Source: Paraspadella gotoi
Taxonomy: Eukaryota > Animalia > Chaetognatha
Direction of reading: 5' to 3'
Assembly: GCA_051294375.1 (NCBI GenBank)
Contig: JBJCIZ010001277.1
Location: 1-27,156 of the forward strand
DNA: 27,156 nucleotides
The translations under genes and the position numbers were made by a program. The notes under the pieces are model-generated. The model did no database searches. It worked only from the letters and a program-made list of their open reading frames with translations, and had not been told where the DNA came from. Below, piece by piece: positions 21,385 through 27,156 of this stretch. Each line of letters starts with the position of its first letter. Positions within the stretch are counted from its first letter, which is position 1.

Positions 21385-21985
21385 TTCCTGGCTTGACAAT
21401 GAGTAACCAACTATATTAGAGCCAAACTTCGTCAATGGGGTGGGTCAGAAGTTTGATTTGGGAACCTTTCCAATAAACTTCATACATTTCTGAGAAAACT
21501 TCAATGGAGCAAATTTTCTAAAATGGCAAGAAGCATTATAATTAATTTTTTAATATTATATTTAACGATTAGGATAATTTCAAAATTTTTTTTAATTTTT
21601 TATTTTAAAAACAGATTCAAATACTTATAAAAGTTATCTACAAAATATTTTTTTTTCAATATTTTGATGATAATGGGTTAAATTAAAAAACCTTAAAAAA
21701 CATCATCATTATCATCATCATGATTTTAGCAGTTTTTACTAATTTTTAGTAATAAAACATAAAATTTTAAAATTTAATTATATTTTTTGCTTAACTTTTT
21801 AAGCTCATCAGAATTAATTAAAAAAACTTAAAAAAAAATTTTTAACATTATATAGCTAATATAAAATATTAATTAGCGATTTACTCATGGTTCGAACATT
21901 TTTGAAAAAAAATTTTAACAATAATTAATACTCAATATATGGATAGTTTAATACTGTTCCCATTAATAATTTGGTCAGCTACCCG
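21385..21985 (+). repeat. Dispersed AT-rich repeat family, longest copy
   Basis: Homologous to 1-342, to 10600-10735 (inverted) and more distantly to about 25830-26400. Confidence 0.8.
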
Positions 21986-22087
21986 CTAAACTATATGCAA
22001 GTTATGAGCATATTTAATGAAAGTGGGACTAAACCAATGGACAGACCGACCGAAAAGTGACTCATAGAGTTTTTCCGGCGAACTAAA

Positions 22088-22283
22088 ACGAAAGAAAGAA
22101 AGAAAAAAACAAAGATACTGAGAAACAAGGAAAAGAACGAAAGAAACAAGATAGAAAGAAACCCAAGAAAGAAAAAAAAAGAAAGAAACAAAAAAGAAAG
22201 AAACAAAGAAAGAAAAAAAGAAGAAAGAAAAAGAAAAAGAGAAAGAAACAAAGAAAAAGAAAGAAAGAAAAAAGATAGAAAAA
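22088..22283. repeat. (GAAA)n-like low-complexity tract
   Basis: Directly visible. Confidence 0.9.
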
Positions 22284-22431
22284 ATCGATTATCGGATATT
22301 TTTTCGCGATAAAAAAAAAACAAAAAACGGATTAAATCTTTTGGATTTTTTTTGTTGGTAAAACAAAAAAAAACTTGTTTTCGGTTCCGTTATTTTGATA
22401 GTTGTGTGAAGCAGCGGACTCGATCACAAAA

Positions 22432-22656
22432 GTGCAATCTCTAAAGTTCTCGCGCGCAATCACTGAAGTTCTCTGCGTGCAATCACTAATGTTTTCTGCG
22501 TGCAATCCCTGAAGTTTTATGCGTGCAATCACTAAAGTTATCTGCATGCAATCACTGAAGTTCTCTGCGTGCCAATCACTAAAGTTCTCTGCATGCAATC
22601 CCTGAAGTTTTATCCGTGCGATCACTAAAAGTCTCTGGTGCAATCACTAAAGTTTC
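22432..22656 (+). repeat. 23-bp minisatellite, about 10 copies (consensus GTGCAATCACTRAAGTTCTCTGC)
   Basis: Ten adjacent units read directly, with no unique spacers. Confidence 0.95.
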
Positions 22657-23046
22657 GGACAAATCTCAGATTATCCTTAACTGCAATCGCAGCGATTTTC
22701 TGTGTGAAATATTCATGTTTTAAATGTTTTAAATATTTCATCACAAAACATGCCATGTTCTATGAAGCATAATCTGGAGTTGTTCACTTGAAATGACCTT
22801 CAGAGTTTTCAATCGTAAACCGAACGTGAAATTTCAAAATCTATTATAGACAGAAATTATTTATATGGAATAGAAGATTTTTACACACAATCTCATCCCG
22901 ATATTGAAGAATATAAAATATTGTTTTAACGATTAGTTCAAGGCTCAAAGTTGTGTGCCTCATAACATGTCATGGAATGCCTTGGCATGGATGAGATTGT
23001 GCTAATGAAAGCGAGGAGAATCCTCGGCATAAAGAATAGCGATAGT

Positions 23047-23071
23047 GGCCGCCGCCGCCGCCGCCGCCGCC
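23047..23071. repeat. (GCC)n microsatellite followed by a T-rich low-complexity tract to about 23420
   Basis: Directly visible. Confidence 0.9.
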
Positions 23072-23894
23072 ATTTCCTCCCTTAATCTTTTTTTTGTTGT
23101 TCTTCCTTCATTGAGTAACAGATCGATAAATTTTCTCGATTTTTTCTTTTTTTTATTTATAATTTCCTTTCCCTATATTTTTAATTTTCTTTTCTTTTCC
23201 ATTTTTTTTCATTTCATTTTTAATTTTACTTTCTATTCTATTCTATATTTTCTTATCTTTTCAAGATTTTATTTAATTTTCTTCTAATTTTTATTTTCTG
23301 TACTTCCCATTTTTATTTATTTTAAATTTTTTAATTAATTTCATATTTTATTTCTTTCCATTTACATTTCTTCAATTCGATTAGTTTCGTCTTTTTAATT
23401 TGTCTTCTTTTCTATTTAAAAAAAACATTTCAGTTTTCTTCACTTTGTTCAGTTCTGTTTTTCTAAATTCTCGAACAAAAAAAAAAAAAAACCGAGAAAA
23501 TAAAAAGGAACATAAATTCACAATCGATTTTGTGCTCGAGTTTTGATCTACAAGTTTATTGTCCAGTTTGATGATTAACAAACTTTTTTTTTCACGTGAA
23601 AAAACAAAAAAAAACTTGGACCACTAAAAAAAAAAGATCACAAACAAAATTGTTCTCCAAAGAGGATTTTTGCGAAGCGCGGTGAATATCTCACGTGAAC
23701 AACCGCGCCATATTTTACGAGAACTCACATCGCATCGTTTTATGTCCTCGTCGAATTGCTTCGTTTCATTTCACTTCATTCACTTCATTTCATTTTATTA
23801 AACTTCACCTTTCACTTCATTTCACATTTAAAATCGTTTCACCGTCTTTTCCATATAAACGAGGTTTTTCTCCAAAACGCGACCTTCTCACTGA

Positions 23895-24476
23895 GGCTTA
23901 GTGAAAGTTACATACGAAAATCTAAAAGTCAATTATGAAAACATACCATCAGTGAACATTAAATTTGTAAAAAAAATTAATTTTATGTTTTTTTAATTTT
24001 TCGCAGTGCATATTATATACAGTACTATCTTATAAATCAAAAATTTCAAAATAGGCTTTTCTTATTTGATGCCAGATTTGAATTCCTCGTCAAAAGTTGA
24101 TAAAAGAAAATATAAATCGATTTTAAAAAATATTTCATGAAAGTGGGTTACAAAATTAAAAAAACTTATATTTAATATATAAATTCATTTTCACTTAAAA
24201 AATATCGTTTTTTAATTTTTGACATATAAGGATTTTAAAAGTATTTTTCTTTTATCAACTTTTTATGACGAATCCAAATCTGCAAAAAAATCTGTAAAAA
24301 AAACTGTTTGAAATTTTGATATTTATTGGTTTAGTACTAGTATAAATATGGCCTACTGCCGTAAAATGTAAAATTATTATAAAATTTTTTTTATTACATA
24401 TGTTCATTAGTATAATGTTGTTCGTTCCTTATTTTTTAGAATTAATTAAAGTTAAATTTTGGATTTTAACTACGCC
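23895..24476. mobile_element. About 580-bp foldback MITE, possibly PIF/Harbinger (Tourist)-type
   Basis: Termini ggcttagtgaaa / tttaactacgcc. Internal arms cagatttgaattc..aaaagttgataaaagaaaa versus ttttcttttatcaactttt..gaatccaaatctg. Flanks TGA and TTA form an imperfect 3-bp duplication. Confidence 0.7.
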
Positions 24477-24509
24477 TTACTTCTCACATGCATCCATTTT
24501 AATAAGAAC

Positions 24510-24910
24510 CTTCCATTTCCTCTTGTCCCTTTCTCTCCCTTTCCTCTTTTCCCCTTTTGCTTTCTCCACTTTTCCATTCCCCTTCCCCCCTTTTCCCTTT
24601 GATCTCTTTCCCTTTTTCCCATTTCCCCTTTCTCTTTTTGTCCCTTTTCCATTTTATCCCTTTTCCCCTTTTTCCCCTTTTCCCTTTCTCTCCCTTTCCA
24701 TTTTCCGCTTTATCCTTTTATTTTATCCCTTTTCCCCTTTTTCCCTTTTCCCTTTCTCTCCTTTCATTTTCCCTTTTATCCCTTTTCCATTTTATCCCTT
24801 TTCCCCTTTACCCTTTTCCCTTTTTCTCCTTTTCCATTTTCCCTTTATCCTTTTCCATTTATCCTTTTCCCTTCTCTCCTTTTTCATTTTCATTTTATCC
24901 ATTTCCTTCC
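24510..24910. repeat. Polypyrimidine (CCCTTTT-like) degenerate tandem repeat
   Basis: About 400 bp of ttttccc/ttttatccc units. It generates the F/P-rich ORFs. Confidence 0.9.
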
Positions 24911-24993
24911 CGACCCAGATTCTCTTTTTCGATTTTTGAACTTTCTTCTTTCGCCTTCTTTGCCTCTTTCTCCCTTCCAGCCGATCATAAGGC

Positions 24994-25064
24994 CAAACAA
25001 CCAACAAACAACTAACAACACACCCAACAACAACATTCAACCACAACAACAACAAGCCACACAA
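24994..25064. repeat. Degenerate (CAA)n microsatellite
   Basis: Directly visible. Confidence 0.85.
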
Positions 25065-25226
25065 CTTTTGGGCCAATCAATGCAATCAATACTCGCCGAC
25101 CATTTGTCGGCCAGCCAACTTTTAATACGAAAGGATAATCATTTAACCTCCTATTTCGGTCATTAAACTATTCATCCATTTTTTTTTTAACTACAACACG
25201 AATCTTTAACATCTAAGACCCGCGCG

Positions 25227-25326
25227 TGGCCGGCGGCGGCGGCGGCGGCCGGCGGGTGGCGGCGGCGGCCGTTGGCGGCGGCGGCGGCGCCGTTGGCGGC
25301 GGGCGGGCGGCTTGCCGCGCCCACCA
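25227..25326. repeat. (GGC)n-rich tract with repeated gccgttggcggcgg units
   Basis: Directly visible. Confidence 0.9.
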
Positions 25327-25829
25327 CGTTTTTAACGAAAATAAATAAGGGAGAGAGTCGTGGTCGAGTTTTTGAGTTTGATCCCTTCGTCCTATTCAGA
25401 TCGAAGTATCCTTGGTTTTTGAAGCCAACTCCAGTCGATATCATCCATTTAATCCGTAACATTTCAACTGTCATCGCCTAATTGTTCATCGCGTACATCC
25501 AAACGTCCCCTTTTCAGTTCGGTCGGTCAGTCAATCACTCCTTCACTTTTCTCCTGCCTCTCTTTCCTTCTCGATCTCTAATTTTCTCATCCTCCATCTT
25601 CTGATTGGTCTACATTTGTGACCCCCCATGGCGCCTACCCCCTCCCCCCCACATTCACTTCGTCCCCCGACCCCCCAAAAAAAAAAGGGGAAAAAATTTT
25701 TTTTTTTTCAGCCTCCCAGAAAAAGAACATCTTCACTTTCACTGATTCGACGAAAATTTCTCGCTTCATCAATAGGGCGTAACCCACTCAATGGAAGTGA
25801 ATCAAAAATTAGGAATGATTATATGCTCA

Positions 25830-26400
25830 AACGAAAATTTATACATTTTTAAGTATACTCAATGACAAAACATTTCTTATGTGGGCTCTTATACCCAATA
25901 ATTTAATTTTTAATATTTATTTATAAATAGGAAGGCCAAAATTTCTTTTTGATAATTTTTTAAATTTTTAAACCAGAATTCAAGATAGCTCATAAAAAGT
26001 TGTCTACACCAAAGTATAATTTCTTTTTTAAATATTTTCATTGATAAGTGAAGTCAAAAATAAGAAAACCGTTTTAAAACATCATTCATCCATCATTCAT
26101 CTTCGATGATTTTATCAGTTTTTTTATTTTTTCACATAGAAAACCTAAGAATTTTTAAAAGCTGTTGTAATTATATTTCTTATTAACTTTTAATCTCTAT
26201 CAGAATCCATCAAAATTTAAGATTTTCTAAAAAAAAAATTTGTATAATATTAAAAAAGACAAGTAATATTTAATGTTATTAATCAAGACGTATAATATAA
26301 ATTTTTTGAAAGTTGTTTAAATATTTAGTTCTTAAGAAACTAAGAAGTACTTTGTAATAGTCTAAATTTTATATTATCTCTGGAGTTTGGTCCCTATCAT
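25830..26400 (+). repeat. Diverged member of the dispersed AT-rich repeat family
   Basis: cagaattcaagatagctcataaaaagttgtctaca...aatattttcattgataa...aaaacatcattcatc...gatgattttatcagttttt...ctatcagaat parallels 21610-21815. Confidence 0.65.
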
Positions 26401-26449
26401 CAATACAGATTCTTTCACGGGCCGAAAATTCCCAAATATCCGTGGATTA

Positions 26450-26504
26450 TCTTCTTCTCTCTCTCTCTTTTCTCTCTTCTCTCTCTCTCCTCTCTCTTCT
26501 CTCT

Positions 26505-26537
<33 letters not shown>

Positions 26538-26701
26538 TTCTCTTCTCTCTCTCTCTCTCTTTCTCTCTCTAATTTTTTTCACAACCCAAACACATACGCT
26601 TTCACCTCTCACCCTTTCTCACATCATTTTACGAGATTACAATTTCAAGCCTTTTCACACATTTTTTTTTGACACAACTGCCCCAAATCTCCCAACTCCT
26701 C

Positions 26702-26785
<84 letters not shown>

Positions 26786-26790
26786 CTTTC
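26450..26790. repeat. Two (CT)n microsatellites (about 26450-26570 and 26705-26790)
   Basis: Directly visible. Confidence 0.95.
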
Positions 26791-27156
26791 ATTCTCCCCG
26801 AAGCCCGCGAAAAAAAAACAAAGGATCGCGTCCATTGAATTTCACGATGGCGAAAATGGGCGAAAACGATTCGGCGAGGCGGATGGGGGTAGCGAGATAT
26901 CTCTGTTGAAGAAGCCAATTTGGCTGGATGGTTAGAGAGGGAGGTGAGGGGTTGAGGGGGGTAGAGGGAGTGGGGGAAGGGGAGAGAGGCGGCAGGGTGG
27001 CAGAGGGGAAAGGCGTTGGTAAATTGGTTATCTAGGTGGTATTTGGTTGGCAAGGTTGTTACCGAGCATAGTCCTAGTAACCGGAGGATGGACCACTGCG
27101 GTTAGATAGCTGTCGGACAGAAATATGTAAAAACACTATACATGATCTCTCTCTCT

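Noticed and set aside
22432-22656. Possible CRISPR array
   Set aside because: Units are directly adjacent with no unique spacers, no cas genes are present, and the context is eukaryotic.
21991-26935. F/L/S/P- or E/R-rich ORFs (21991, 23045, 24400, 24557, 26387, 26415, 26442, 26669)
   Set aside because: Translations of microsatellite and low-complexity DNA.

Overview
AT-rich eukaryotic nuclear DNA, probably an invertebrate animal, from a gappy draft assembly with many indel errors. Most ORFs in the supplied track are low-complexity or N-gap artefacts. Translating across frameshifts shows a multi-exon, plus-strand exocyst subunit gene (EXOC2/Sec5) whose motifs run in protein order from about 2.5 kb to about 15.1 kb. 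Its last two exons recur at 17.6-19.9 kb in a direct duplication (offset about 5.1 kb) that is most likely an assembly artefact. Repeats around and inside the gene include: a Ty3/Gypsy RT relic (minus strand); a Tc1/mariner-type foldback MITE inserted into the A-box of a tRNA-derived SINE; a 256-bp solo-LTR-like insert with GTAC duplications that carries tRNA-type Pol III boxes; a small TIR element holding TTAGGG repeats; further foldback MITEs; a dispersed AT-rich repeat; a 23-bp minisatellite with higher-order structure; and many microsatellites. There are no prokaryotic features or CRISPR arrays. All protein matches were made by eye against remembered sequences and need tBLASTn/HMM confirmation.
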